From NCBI GenBank assembly GCA_038087875.1, contig JAXLNO010000680.1, positions 248,001-312,000 on the forward strand: a stretch of DNA of 64,000 nt, in the 5' to 3' direction. Origin of the DNA: Malacoraja senta (taxonomy: Eukaryota). The translations under genes and the position numbers were made by a program. Shown in pieces: positions 39,140-51,682 of the stretch. Under the pieces are notes generated by a model. The model made no database searches. It saw nothing but the letters and a program-made list of their open reading frames with translations, and was not told the origin of the DNA. The number at the start of each line of letters is the position of its first letter. The stretch's first letter is position 1.

Positions 39140-41105
39140 AAGAAATCGACGTTCAAATCCTGGGTTGTAAGCTGCCCAAGAGAAATCAAAGGTGCTGTTC
39201 CTCAAATTTGCATTTGGCCTCACACTGACAGTGGAGCAGGCCCAGGACAAAAAAGTCAGTTTTGGAATGGGAAGGGGAGTTAATTCATTGACCTGCCCCA
39301 ACATTTGACATCAACATTACATTTGTAAAGGTCCCAGAACCTGACTGCTGTTAGACAAACCTTCCCATGTTTAATAACGGAATCAAAGGATATGGGGAGA
39401 AGGCAGGAACGGGGAACTGATTCTGGATGATCAGCCGTGATCATATTGAATGGCGGTGCTGGCTCGAAGGGCCGAATGGCCTACTCCTGCATCTATTTTC
39501 TATGTTTCTATATTTCCACTAATGGAAGAGTCTAGGACTAGAGGTCGTAGACTCAGAATTAAAGGACGTTCTTTTAGGAAGGAGATGAGGAGAAATTTGT
39601 TTAGTCAGAGGGTGGTGAATCTGTGGAATTCTTTGCTGTGGAGGCCAAGTCAGTGGATATTTTTAAGGCAGGGATAGATAGATTCTTGATTAGTACCGGT
39701 GTCAGGGGTTATGGGGAGACGGCAGGAGATTGGGGTTGAGGGGAGAGATAGATCAGCCACGATTGAAAGGTGGAGTAGACTTGATGGGCGGAATGGCCTG
39801 ATTCTGCTCCTACTCCTTATGACGGACACTAAACGCTGGAGTAACTCAGCGGGACAGGCAGCATCCCTGGAGAGAAGGAATGGGTGACGATTTGGGCCGA
39901 GACCCTTCTTCAGAATGAGAGTCAGAAGAAGGAGACACAGAGAGATGGAAGGGCAAGGTGTGAAAAGGACAGATCAAAGGGGACAGTGATCAAGGAAAAT
40001 GTAGAATGGATCATTATTGGCTGAGGGGAAGCTGACAACAAGGCGTACACACAGTAAAATGTAATCAGGGGACAGTCAGACTGGTTCACAAGTTATAGCA
40101 GTAGAATTAGGCCATTCGGCCCATCGAGTCTACTCCCCCATTCAATCATGGCTGATCTCTGCCTCCTAATCCCAATTTCCTGCCTTCTCCCCATAACCCT
40201 TGACACCCGTTCTAATCAAGAATTTATCTATCTCTGCCTTAAAAATACCCACTGACTTGGCCTCCACAGCCTTCTGTGGCAATGAGTTCCACAGATTCAC
40301 CACCCTCTGACTAAAGAAGTTCCTCCTCATCTCCTTTCTAAAAGAGCGCCCTTTAATTCTGAGGCTGTGGCCTCTGGTCCTAGACTCTCCCACCAGTGGA
40401 AACATCCTCTCCACATCCACTCTATCTCTGCCTTTTCAAAGGAACTTCAAGGGTTACTTGAAGTTAGAGGTCAATGTTCATACCGCTGGGGTGTAAGGTG
40501 CCCAAGTGAAATATGAGGTGCTGTTCCTCCAATTAGCGCTGGGCCTCACTCTGACAGCAGAGGAGGCCCAGGACTGAAAGGTCAGTGTGGGAATGGGAGC
40601 GGGATTAAAGTGTTTGGCAACCGGGATATCTGTCCATTTTCTCCAGAGATGCTGCCTGACCCGATGTGTTACTCTAACACTGTGTGTAGGGAAAGAACTG
40701 CAGATGCTGGTTTACACCAAAGGTAGACACAAAGTGCTGGAGTAACTCAGCGGGACAGCCAGCATCTCTGGAGAGAAGGAATGGGTGATGTTTTGGTTCG
40801 GGACCCTTCTTCAGACTGAATGCCGAGGGGGAGGGAACTGGAGGCAGAAAAATTCCAGAACAAATCAGGGCCAGCAACAGATGACCAAGGAAGGGTGGAG
40901 CCCACAATGGTCCGTTGTTGGCTGGGGAAGAGGTGATAACAAGAGCGGTACAGCGATGTGAACAGTGGAACTAGTAGGATGACTAAGATGGGGGAAGGAT
41001 GGAGAGAGAGGGAAAGCAAGGGTTACTTGAAGTTAGAGAAGTCAATGTTCATACCCCTGGGGTGGAAGCTGCCCAAGTGAAATATGAGATGCTGTTCCTC
41101 CAATT
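39140..41105. mobile_element. Cluster of PLE and CR1 3' fragments
   Basis: CR1 tails at about 39375-39825 (+) and 40085-40435 (-); PLE pieces at about 39140-39285, 39830-40085 and 40440-41105. Confidence 0.75.
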
Positions 41106-41764
41106 TCTCCTGCTGGTTCCCCTCTCTACCCCTCTCTCTCTCTCTGTCCCCCCTCTCTCTCTTCCCCCTTTCTCTCCCTGTCTCTACCCCCCCCCCCCCC
41201 ACTCTGTCTCCCCCAATCTGTCTCCCACCCTCTCTCTTCCCACACTCTCCTCTCTCCCTCCCCCCTCTCCCAGAGCCTGTACACTCACCTCCAGCGCTCC
41301 CTTCCTTCCCATTCTCCTCCCCTCTCCCTCCCTCCCTCCCCTCTCTCCCTCATCCCCCACACAGAGCCTGCACACTTACCTCCAGCGCTCCTCTCTCTCT
41401 GTCCCTCTCTCTCCCTCTGTGTGTGTGTGTGTGTGTGTGTATGTGTGTGATCAGGGCAGTGTCCCCAGTTGAAGCTCACACACATACACCACACACCTCC
41501 ACCAGTCGCCCTCTGCCTGTGACGCAGAACTGCAGCTAATTTCAGTTCAGTTTATTTCTCCACCCCCTCCCTCTGTGTGTGAAATTCAATCTGCCTTGTG
41601 GAAAGTGACACACACACACACACAGACACAGAGACACACACACACACACACACAGACTGTGCAAGCCAGTCTCTCTCTCTCTCTCTCCACACTGCAGATA
41701 CTGGCAACTCCAACTTCTTCTCTCCACTATCTAGAGTGCAGGATAATTCACACAACACCCCACC

Positions 41765-43150
41765 CCAGTCTGAAGAAGGGTCTCGACCCGAAACGTTGCC
41801 TATTTCCTTCTCTCCAGAGATGCTGCCTGTCCTGCTGAGTTACTCCAGCATTTTGTGTCTATCTCCAAATCTCTCCCCCTCTTTATGCAACCACGACCCA
41901 CCCTGTACACATTGCAGCGACAAAATACTCCATATATCCCCTTTATTCTTTTTTTTTCAATGTTAAATGCAAGCATGCTTAGTTTTTACTCTGTGGCAAG
42001 GAACTGCAGATGCTGGTTTAAATCGAAGGTAGACACAAAATGCTGGAGTAACTCAGCAGGACAGGCAGCATCTCTGGAGAGAAGGAATGGGTGACGTTTG
42101 GGGTCGAGACCCTTCTTCAGACTGATGGCTAGTGAAGAAGGGTCTCAATCCTATCCATTTTCTCCAGAGATGCTGCCTGTCCCGTTGAGTGACTCTAGCA
42201 TTTTGTGTCTATCTTTGGTTTAAACCAGCATCTGCAGTTCCTTCCTAGTGAGAAGCTTTTGTTGTGTGCTAACCAGTCAGCAGAGTGAGAATGCATGATT
42301 ACAATCGAGCTGTTTACAGTGTGCAGATAGATGATAAAGGAATAACGTTTAGTGCAAGGTAAAGTAGATCACCCCACATCTTCCTGTGCTCCAGGGAATA
42401 AAGTCCTACCCTGGAGTGGGCAGGTGAGTGGTGGATGTATGGAACGAGCTGCCTGAGGAGGTAGTTGAGGCTGGGACTATCCCAACGTTTAACAGACAGG
42501 TACATGGATAGGCCAGGTTTGGAGAGATATGGGCCAAACGCAGGCAGGTGGGACGAGAGATAAGACACAAAATGCTGTGGAGTAACTCGGCGGGACAGTA
42601 AGCATCTCCGGAGAGAAGGAATGGGTGACGTTTCGGGTAGAGATCCTTCTTCAGTGTGGGAATGGGAAGGGGGAGTCAAAGCGGGAGATCAGGTAGGTTC
42701 AGGCAGACTGAGCAGAGGGACTAGTGTAGCTGGGACACGTTGGCTGGTGTGGGCAAGTTGGGCTGTGGGGCCTGTTTCCACTCGATGAGAAGATAAACAC
42801 AAAACACTGGAGTAACTCAGCGGGACAGGCAGCAGCTCTGGAGAGAAGGAATGGGTGACGTTTCGGGCCGAGACCCTTCTTCAGACTGAGGGGCAGGGGA
42901 GGGAGACACAGAGATAAGGAAGGGTGAGGTGTGAAAACGAGATATCAAAGGGGATGAAGGTCAAGGAAAATGTAGTGGATCATTGTTAGTTGAGGCATAC
43001 AATCAGTAAGGTTTAATCAGGACAGTCAGTCTATGTAGGAAGGAACTGCAGATGCTGGTCTGAAGAAGGGTCTCGGCCTGAAACGTCACCCATTCCTTCT
43101 CTCCAGAGATCCTGCCTGTCCCGCTGAGTTACTCCAGTTTTCTGTGTCGA
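41765..43150. mobile_element. Dense cluster of PLE terminal modules with Rex1 and CR1 tail pieces
   Basis: Hammerhead cores at 41770-41797 (+), about 42093-42120 (-), about 42627-42654 (-), 42857-42884 (-), about 43060-43087 (+). Confidence 0.8.
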
Positions 43151-43354
43151 TCTTCTATCCATGTTCCTGTCTAAAATGTTTCTAAACCTTGTGATGCTGC
43201 CTGTAATTTCTATACACTGTGTACTTCTTCGGGGATTGTGGTTATGTGTAGCAATAGTTAACTGTTTGCGATAAAATAATGGCACTGTACCTCTGAAGAT
43301 GTGATTCAAAACAAGAAGCATTAAAGAACCAGTAGACAGGTCACACTGCCATGT

Positions 43355-43360
43355 TTTATT
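43355..43360 (-). terminator. Candidate polyadenylation signal of C12orf57
   Basis: AATAAA on minus in non-repetitive sequence downstream of the stop codon. Confidence 0.5.
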
Positions 43361-43509
43361 GAGGATATGATATCAAATCTTCAAACACACAACAGTTTAT
43401 AAATACAACCGCGCTGTAGATAAAAGTACAGAATGCCACATGCCAGGAGCAGAATAAAAGAGGAGGCAATTCTGGGGTGGCATGGTGGTGGAGTTGCTGC
43501 CTCACAGCG

Positions 43510-44356
43510 TCAGTGACCCTACAGTGGGTGGGACAGTGCCAGAGACCCTACAGTAGGTGGGACAGAGACCCTACAGTGGGTGGGACAGAGTCAGTGACCC
43601 TACAGTGGGTGGGACAGTGCCAGAGACCCTACAGTGGGTGGGACAGAGACCCTACAGTGGGTGGGACAGAGTCAGAGACCCTACAGTGGGTGGGACAGAG
43701 ACCCTACAGTGGGTGGGACAGTGGCCCTACAGTGGGTGGGACAGAGTCAGAGACCCTACAGTGGGTGGGACAGCATCAGAGACCCTACAGTGGGTGGGAC
43801 AGAGTCAGAGACCCTACAGTGGGTGGGACAGAGACCCTACAGTGGGTGGGACAGTGGCCCTACAGTGGGTGGGACAGAGTCAGAGACCCTACAGTGGGTG
43901 GGACAGCATCAGAGACCCTACAGTGGGTGGGACAGAGTCAGAGACCCTAAAGTGGGTGGGACAGGGTCAGAGACCCTACAGTGGGTGGGACAGAGTCAGA
44001 GACCCTACAGTGGGTGGGACAGAGTCAGAGACCCTACAGTGGGTGGGACAGGGTCAGAGACCCTACAGTGGGTGGGACAGAGACCCTACAGTGGGTGGGA
44101 CAGGGTCAGAGACCCTACAGTGGGTGGGACAGAGACCCTACAGTGGGTGGGTCAGAGTCAGAGACCCTACAGTGGGTGGGACAGCGTCAGAGACTCTACA
44201 GTGGGTGGGACAGCGTCAGAGACCCTACAGTGGGTGGGACAGCGTCAGAGACCCTACAGTGGGTGGGACAGCGTCAGAGACCCTACAGTGGGTGGGACAG
44301 CATCAGAGACCCTACAGTGGGTGGGACAGGGTCAGAGACCCTACAGTGGGTGGGAT
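43510..44356. repeat. Minisatellite of 23/29-bp units GAGACCCTACAGTGGGTGGGACA(GAGTCA), about 30 copies
   Basis: Direct inspection; lies between the C12orf57 stop and the candidate polyA signal. Confidence 0.96.
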
Positions 44357-44934
44357 AGCACAAGCCTTCCCTGTCCTGCGCCCCCTCTCCCTCCCCAAAG
44401 CCCCTTTCCTTCCTCTGCCTCTCCCTCTCCCTCTGCCCCTCCCTCCTTCTCCCTCTCCTCTACCCAGCCCCTCTCCCCCCTCCTCTGCACCCTCCCACGG
44501 CCCTCTCCCTCTCCCGATCCCTCTCTCCCCCTCCTCAGCCCCTCTCCCCCTCTACGCCCCTCTCCCCCATCCTGAAGACGTCCCCCCCTCCTGTGGCCCC
44601 CCTCCCCCTCCAGCAGCCATCTCGCTCGGCCTTCAACAGACCCAGGTCATACCCACGACAGTCTCCCCTCACCGCCCCTCGATACTCCACCCTGGGTGAG
44701 ACCGGCGACCAGAGGGCGGGGAGAGGGAGTGGAGCCGCGAGAGGATTCGGGACGGGACGGCGGTGTGGAAGAACGAGCGAGAGAGCGGGAAGGTCGGCGG
44801 CGCTGATGCCACCCGCCCGCAATCCTGCCGTCCCCTCCCTCCCGCTCTCCCTCCGTCACTATCTCCCTCCCTCCCCCTCACCCTCCGTCACTCTCTCCCT
44901 CCCTCTCTCCCTCCCTCCCCCCTGGTGGGTGGGG

Positions 44935-45074
44935 CTAGGAGGCAGGGATGCTGGAGCTGTGTGGAGGCACCGTCATGGGAGGCAGGAACATGGACTTCAG
45001 CTTCCCCGACATGGCGGCAATCTCAGGGTCCTGCCCCTCGTACGCTTTCACCAGGCGAGAAAACCTCAGCACAC
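44935..45074 (-). CDS. C12orf57: C12orf57 (protein C10) exon 3
   Basis: GVLRFSRLVKAYEGQDPEIAAMSGKLKSMFLPPMTVPPHSSSIPAS*, versus recalled human GVLKFARLVKSYEAQDPEIASLSGKLKALFLPPMTLPPH; AAG acceptor. Confidence 0.95.
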
Positions 45075-45118
45075 CTTGGCAGGGACAGAGAGAGAGAGAA
45101 CATTGTCAGTAGCACACA

Positions 45119-45156
<38 letters not shown>

Positions 45157-45539
45157 AACCTTGGCAGTGAGAGAATGTCATCATTAACACACTCCCACAA
45201 ACACAAGCACACTCACACACACAAACACGCACGCAAACGTCAGCACACCTTGGCAGTGAGAGAATGTCATCATTAACAGACTCACACACACACCCACAAA
45301 CACAAGCACTCACACACCCACAAACACAAGCACACTCACGCACACAAACACGCACGCAAACGTCAGCACACCTTGGCAGGGGGGGAGAAAGAGCACAGGT
45401 CAGTCGCACACTCATTCACACACACTCACTCACACACACTCCTGCAAACAGCACACCTTGGTAGGGACAGAGAGAGAGCATAAGTCAGACACACACTCAC
45501 CCACGCAAACCTCAGCACACCTTGACAGGGGGAGAGGGA

Positions 45540-45580
<41 letters not shown>

Positions 45581-45867
45581 CGACCCGAAACGTCACCCAT
45601 TCCTTCTCTCCAGAGATGCTGTCTGTCCCGCTGAGTTACTCCAACATTTCAAGAGTCCAGAGAGTTTCATTGTCATGTCCCAGACAGAACAATGAGATTC
45701 TTGCATTTTGTGTGTATCTTCCGTACAGACAGCACCCGTGGTCTGGTTGGGGCCCGGGGTCTCTGGTGCTGTGAGGCAGCAACTGTACTGCCCCAGGAGG
45801 GATGGATGGGCGGGTGGTGTGGCTAAGGGCCCCATATGATGAAAGAATGGGATTAAGTACAATAAAA

Positions 45868-46275
45868 GAATGGGTCGACTGAGCTTGTATTCACTGGTAT
45901 TTAGGAGAGGAGATCTTATAGAAACATATAAAATTCTTAAAGGATTGGACAGACTAGATGCAGGTAAAATGTATGGGGGAGTCCAGAACCAGGGGTCACA
46001 CAGTTTAAGAATAAGGGGTTGGCCATTTAGGATTGAGATGAGGAAAAACTTTTTTCACCCAAAGAGTTGTGAATCTGTGGAATTCTCCGCCACAGAAGTC
46101 AGTGGAGGCCAATTCACTGGATGTTTTCAAGAGAGAGTTAGATTTAGCTCTTAGGGCTAACGGAATCAAGGGATATGGGGAGAAGGCAGGAACGGGGAAC
46201 TGATTGTGGATGATTGAATGGCGGTGCTGGCTTGAAGGGCCGAATGGCCTGCTGCTGCACCTGTGTTTCTATGTC
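45868..46275 (+). mobile_element. CR1 3' fragment
   Basis: RLSLYSLVFRRGDLIETYKILKGLDRLDAG; CR1 tail. Confidence 0.85.
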
Positions 46276-46296
46276 CCGGTAGCTCGGCACACCCAC

Positions 46297-46473
46297 CTTC
46301 CCCGTCATTGGTGAACCCGTATGACTTGATGACCTCTTGCTGGATCTGTGTTGCCACGGGCAAGACAAACTGCAGCATCTTGCCCATGTCGTTGCAGGCG
46401 TTGTCCCGGGCCTCCTCCATCCTCAGCGCGTTCTCCGGGACCCCGAACGCCTTGATCATTTCCGCTAGAACCA
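46297..46473 (-). CDS. C12orf57: C12orf57 exon 2 (177 bp)
   Basis: VVLAEMIKAFGVPENALRMEEARDNACNDMGKMLQFVLPVATQIQQEVIKSYGFTNDGE; CAG acceptor, GTGGGT donor; phase 1-1. Confidence 0.97.
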
Positions 46474-46525
46474 CTGCGTGGAGGAGCAGAGAGGCACAAG
46501 ATGAAGGACACGTGAGGAGCGCTTT

Positions 46526-47172
46526 TAGTTTAGTTTAGTTTAGAGATACAGCGCAGAAACAGTCCCACCGGGTCCGCGCCGACCAGCGATCCCCGCACAC
46601 TAACACTATCCTACACACACTAGGGACAATCCTACACACACTAGGGCGGGCACTGTGGCCCAGCGGTAGAGTTGCTGCCTTACAGTGAATGCAGCGCCGG
46701 AGACCCGGGTTCGATCCCGACTACGGGTGCTGTCTGTACGGAGTTTGCATGTTCTCCTCGTGACCTGCGTGGGTTTTCTCCGAGATCTTCCGCTTCCTCC
46801 CGCACTCCAAAGTCGTGCAGGTTTATAGGTTTGTTGGCTTGGTGTAAATGTAAACATTGTCCCTAGTGGGTGTAGGATAGTGTTGATGTGCGGGGATCGC
46901 TGGTCAGTGCGGACCCGGTGGGCCGAAGGGCCTGTTTCCACATTGTATCTCTAAACTGAACTAAACTTACACTTATACCCAGCCAATTAACCTACATACC
47001 TGAACGTCTTTGGAGTTTGGGAGGCAACCGAAGATCTTGGAGAAAACCCACGCGGGTCACGGGGAGAACGTACAAACTCCGTACAGACAGCACCCCTAGT
47101 GAGGATGGAACCCGGGTCTCCAGCACCGCAAGAACTATCAGGCAGCAACTCTACCGCTGCGCCACCGTGGCC
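46526..47172. mobile_element. Three HE1-like SINEs (- partial, + 46644-46966, - 46975-47172)
   Basis: tRNA head GGTTCGATCCC, V-domain, (TAAAC)n tail. Confidence 0.82.
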
Positions 47173-47282
47173 ACCCTTTTGCCGGCACTGGGCCTGCATA
47201 CGCTGGAGTTTAGAAGGATGAAGGGGAGGGGAGGGAAGCTGAATACAGAGGTGTTGTCAACAACTTTGTTGAGTGGCGTAGG

Positions 47283-48110
47283 TTGAATCACCCACAGCTC
47301 AACACTGACAAGACTAAGGAGTTAGTGGTGGACTTTAGGAGGAGAGGAACACCCCTGTCCCCTGTCTCCATCAATGGTGTGGATGTGCAGTTTACCAGCC
47401 AGTACAAATACTGTTATCACTGTTGGCAGATCAATTTCCCTGCTGGGATAAATAAAGTTCTATCGTATCGTGTTGAAACGTACAGAATAGTGAAAGGCCT
47501 GGATAGAGTGGATGAGGGGAGGGTGTCTCCACAAGTGGGAGAGTCTAGGACCAGAGGTCACAGCCTCAGAATTAAAGGACGTTCCTTTAGGAAGGAGATG
47601 AGGAATTTCTTTAGTCAGAGGGGGGCTGAATCTATGGACATCTTTGCCACAGAAGGATGTGGAGGCCAAGTCAGTGGGTATATTTAAGGCAGTCAGATAG
47701 ATAGATTCTTGATTAGTACGGATGTCAGGGGTTTGGGGAGAAGGCAGGAGAAAGGGGTTGAGAGGGAGAGCTAGATCAGCCATGGATGAATGGTGGAGTC
47801 GACATGATGGGCCGAATGGCCTAATTCTACCCTTATCATTTATGACCTTATGATATGATAGAGCTTTATTGATCCCAGGAGGGAAATTGATCTGCCAACA
47901 GTAAAAAAAAAACACAAGATACATGAAACATGAAATTAAAGTGACGAGTGGAAAGGATTGGGGATGTGCAAAGATTGGGGTGGTGGGGAGTCAATCTCAG
48001 TCTACCCCACGACAGAAGGGGGAGGAGTTGTACAGTTTGATAGCCACAGGGAAAAAGGATCTCCTGTGGCGTTCTGTGCTGCATCTTGGTGGAACCAGTC
48101 TGTTGCTGAA
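47283..48110. mobile_element. Rex1-like and CR1 fragments
   Basis: LNTDKTKELVVDFRR (Rex1-like RT); CR1 tail at about 47475-47855; minus Rex1-like tail at about 47860-48110. Confidence 0.7.
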
Positions 48111-49409
48111 GAGAGACACAAAATGCTGGAGTAACTCAGCGGGACAGGCAGCATCTCTGGAGCGAAGGATTGGGTGACGTTTCAGTGGTCCTCAGGTATA
48201 GATCAGCCATGGTTGAATGGCGGAGTAGACTTGAAGGGCCGAATGGCCTAATTCTGCTCCTATCACATGATCGTATGAGAGAGGCAACTGGGTGAGGCTG
48301 GGGGCAGGAGCCTCAGGCATCTTGCTTTACAGCACAGTAATGCTCCTCAGGGTCAGGGACTCCAGGTGTAACACAGAAGAGAGACACAAAGTGCTGGAGT
48401 AACTCAGCGGGACAGGCAGCATCTCTGGAGAGAAGGAATGGGTGGCGGTTCAGGCTGAAGCCCTGCATACTGAGAGGGAAACAAGAGATATAGACGGTGT
48501 CATAATAGATACAAGGTCATAAGTTATAGGAGCAGATTTAGGCCATTCGGCCCATCAAGCCTGATCTATCTCTCCCTCCTAATCCCATTCGCCTGCCTTC
48601 TCCCCATAACTTCTGACACCTGAATGAAAGATATGCATAAAAGTAACGATGTTAAAGGGAAACAGGCCATTGTTAGCTGTGTCTTAGGTGAGAACGAGTT
48701 ACAGGCAATGAGACTCAACAAACGACTTGGAAGATGGTACGATTTGGGTGGGGGAGGAATGGAGAGAGAGGGGGGGATACAAGGGTTACTTAAAGTTAGA
48801 GAAATCAATTTCGATACCACAGCCTAACTTCAAGTGACCCTTGCATTCCCTCTCCCTCCATCCCACCCTCTTTCCCAGTTCTCCGACCAGTCTGACTGTC
48901 CATGTTTCTATTTTATCTGTTTGCTTCGTTCTCACCTACTCCTGGCTAACAATGATCTATTCTACATCTTCCTTCATCATCGTCTGCTTTGATGTGTAGG
49001 TAGGAACTGCAGGTGCTGGTTGAAACCGAAGATAGACACAAAATGCTGGAGTAACTCAGCGGGACAGGCAGCATCTCTGGAGAGAAGGAATGGGTGACGT
49101 TTCGGGTCGAGACTCTTCTTCAGACCTTCCGCTTTGATGTCTAGTTTTCACACCTTGCACATGCACACACCCACACACATATATATCTACACACACATGG
49201 CCCGATTTGCCCCACAGGCCTCCCAGTGGACTGCGGAGAATATGGGCGACGAGGCCTGCCTGGGACGAAGGAGCCTCAGCGGAGGCGACGATGGGAGCCT
49301 CGGCAGCAACGGAAGCCTCGGCGGCAACAGAAGCCTCGGCGGCATCAGGGGCCTCGGTGGCGGTGGGGCCTCACGATTAACTCAACCCCCTGTACACCGG
49401 CATCAGCCA

Positions 49410-49988
49410 ATCAACCCTGTCCCGTCTGCAATTGGTTCAAAACTCCGCAGCGAGACTTCTGACGGGTACCCGTAAAAGGGACCACATCACCCCGATTCTG
49501 GCCTCTCTCCACTGGCTCCCAGTACGGTACAGAATCAACTTCAAGCTCCTCTTATTCGTATACACAGCCCTTAACGGGCTTGCCCCCCCCCCCCCCCCCA
49601 TATCAAAAATCTTCTAACCCACCATTCTACCTCCTGGTCCCTCAGGTCGGCCGACTTGGGGCTACTGACTATCCCGCGGTCTAGGTTTAAGCTCAGGGGT
49701 GACCGCGCTTTTGCGGTTGCAGCACCTAGACTGGAACAGCCTCCCTCTCCTCATCAGAACTGCCCCCTCCCATCGACTCCTTTCAGTCGAGGCTTAAAAC
49801 CTATTTCTACTCCCTAGCGTTTTTGAGCCCCTCTGAGGGAGCGCTGTAAACAGTTTATGTATGTATTGTTAGGTCTGTGTACCATTGTATGTAGCACATT
49901 AGTACATGCACTGATGTACAGCACTTTGGTCAATGTGAGTTGTTTTTAAATGTGCTATACAAATAAAATTGATTGAATGATTGATTGA
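49410..49988 (+). mobile_element. L2 LINE 3' fragment
   Basis: LQLVQNSAARLLTGTRKRDHITPILASLHWLPVRYRINFK; (TTGA)n tail. Confidence 0.88.
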
Positions 49989-50898
49989 TCGACCTGCGAT
50001 CAATTAGGGGGGGGGGGGGAGGGGAAAACAGTGGGGAGCCGGCATGGGAGGACCGCTGTGACAGACGGTGGGTGAACAAATGGGGACCCGGTGTGGGGGA
50101 AGGGGATAGTTTAGAATCCACTGCCCAGGGGATAAGCCTGTGTCCGTTTGTTTGTTCATTCGTTCCGGTGAAGGTGCAGTGCACACGGCAGCCGGCCCGA
50201 CGGTTGCTTGACTTTTTATTTTTTTTTCACTTTTTAATTTCAAGTATTTCGTGTACCTTGTGTTAGTTGTGACTGTCGGCAGACCAATTTCCCTCCAGGG
50301 ATGATTACATTTTTTATCGTATCGTATCGTATGCACACACACATATTACACACATATACACACACATTTGCGCACACACACATACACATAAATATACAAG
50401 ATAGACACAAAATGCTGGCGTAACTCAGCGGGTCAGGCACCATCTCTGGAGATGAAGGAATGGGTGACATTTCAGGTCAAGACTGATCAGTCTGAAGAAG
50501 GGTCTCGACCCGAAACGTCACACGTTCCTTCTCTCCAGAGATGCTGCCTGACCCACTGAGTTACTCCAGCATTTTGTGTCTACCTTCGACTTAAACCAGC
50601 ATCTGCAGTTCCTTCCTACACGTATACACACACACATATAAATATACTCATAATATATATACACATATATATATATATACTCATAATATATATACACATA
50701 TATACATATACACATATATATATATATACATGCACACATATATATACACACATCTTTCCACATATACACACACATCTATACATATATATCCACAAACATC
50801 TATATACACACGTTTTTCCACACATATATACACATCTCTTTACACACACATATATATACACACACACATATGTATACATATGTATACACACGCATATA

Positions 50899-51564
50899 CA
50901 GTGCCCTCCGTTATGTTTGTCCCATCATTTATTTATTTGCCTCTGTACTCCACAATTTGAGATTTGTAATAGAAAGTTAATCATGAGACCCCACCACCAC
51001 CGAGGCCCCTGATGCTGCCGAGGCTCCCAAAACACTCTGCTAAAGCAACAAAGGAGTTTTTCAAAGCTAAAAAATGGTAAATTCTTGAGTGACCAAGTCA
51101 ATCACCCGATATGAACCCAATTGAGCATGCCTTTTATATGCTGAAGAGAAAACTGAAGGGGACTAGCCCCCAAAACAAGCATAAGCTAAAGATGGCTGCA
51201 ATACAGGCCTGGCAGAGCATCACCAGAGAAGACACCCAGCAACTGGTGATGTCCATGAATCGCAGACTTCAAGCAGTCATTGCATGCAAAGGATATGCAA
51301 CAAAATACTAAACGTGACTACTTTCATTTACATGGCATTGCTGTGTCCCAAACATTATGGTACCCTGAAATGGGGGGACTATGTATAAATACTGCTGTAA
51401 TTTCTACATGGTGAAACCAAAATGTATAAAGGCGGCCTTTATTAAAATCTGACAATGTGCACTTTAACCACATGTGATTTTTTCTATTAGAATCCCAAAT
51501 TGTGGAGTACAGAGGCAAATAAATAAATGATGAGTCTTTGTCCCAAACATTATGGAGGGCACTG
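50899..51564 (+). mobile_element. Internally deleted Tc1/mariner element
   Basis: TA-CAGTGCCCTCC...GGAGGGCACTG-TA; transposase C-terminus SQSPDMNPIEH...KGYATKY. Confidence 0.9.
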
Positions 51565-51682
51565 TATGTGCAGACACACACACATCTTTCTACACATATA
51601 TATACACACACATATTATATATATATATATATATACACACACTATATATACATACATTTGAATATACATAGGTATCTATATA

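Noticed and set aside
43477..44699. Repetitive ORFs up to 380 aa; CRISPR-like appearance
   Set aside because: Minisatellite units are adjacent without unique spacers.
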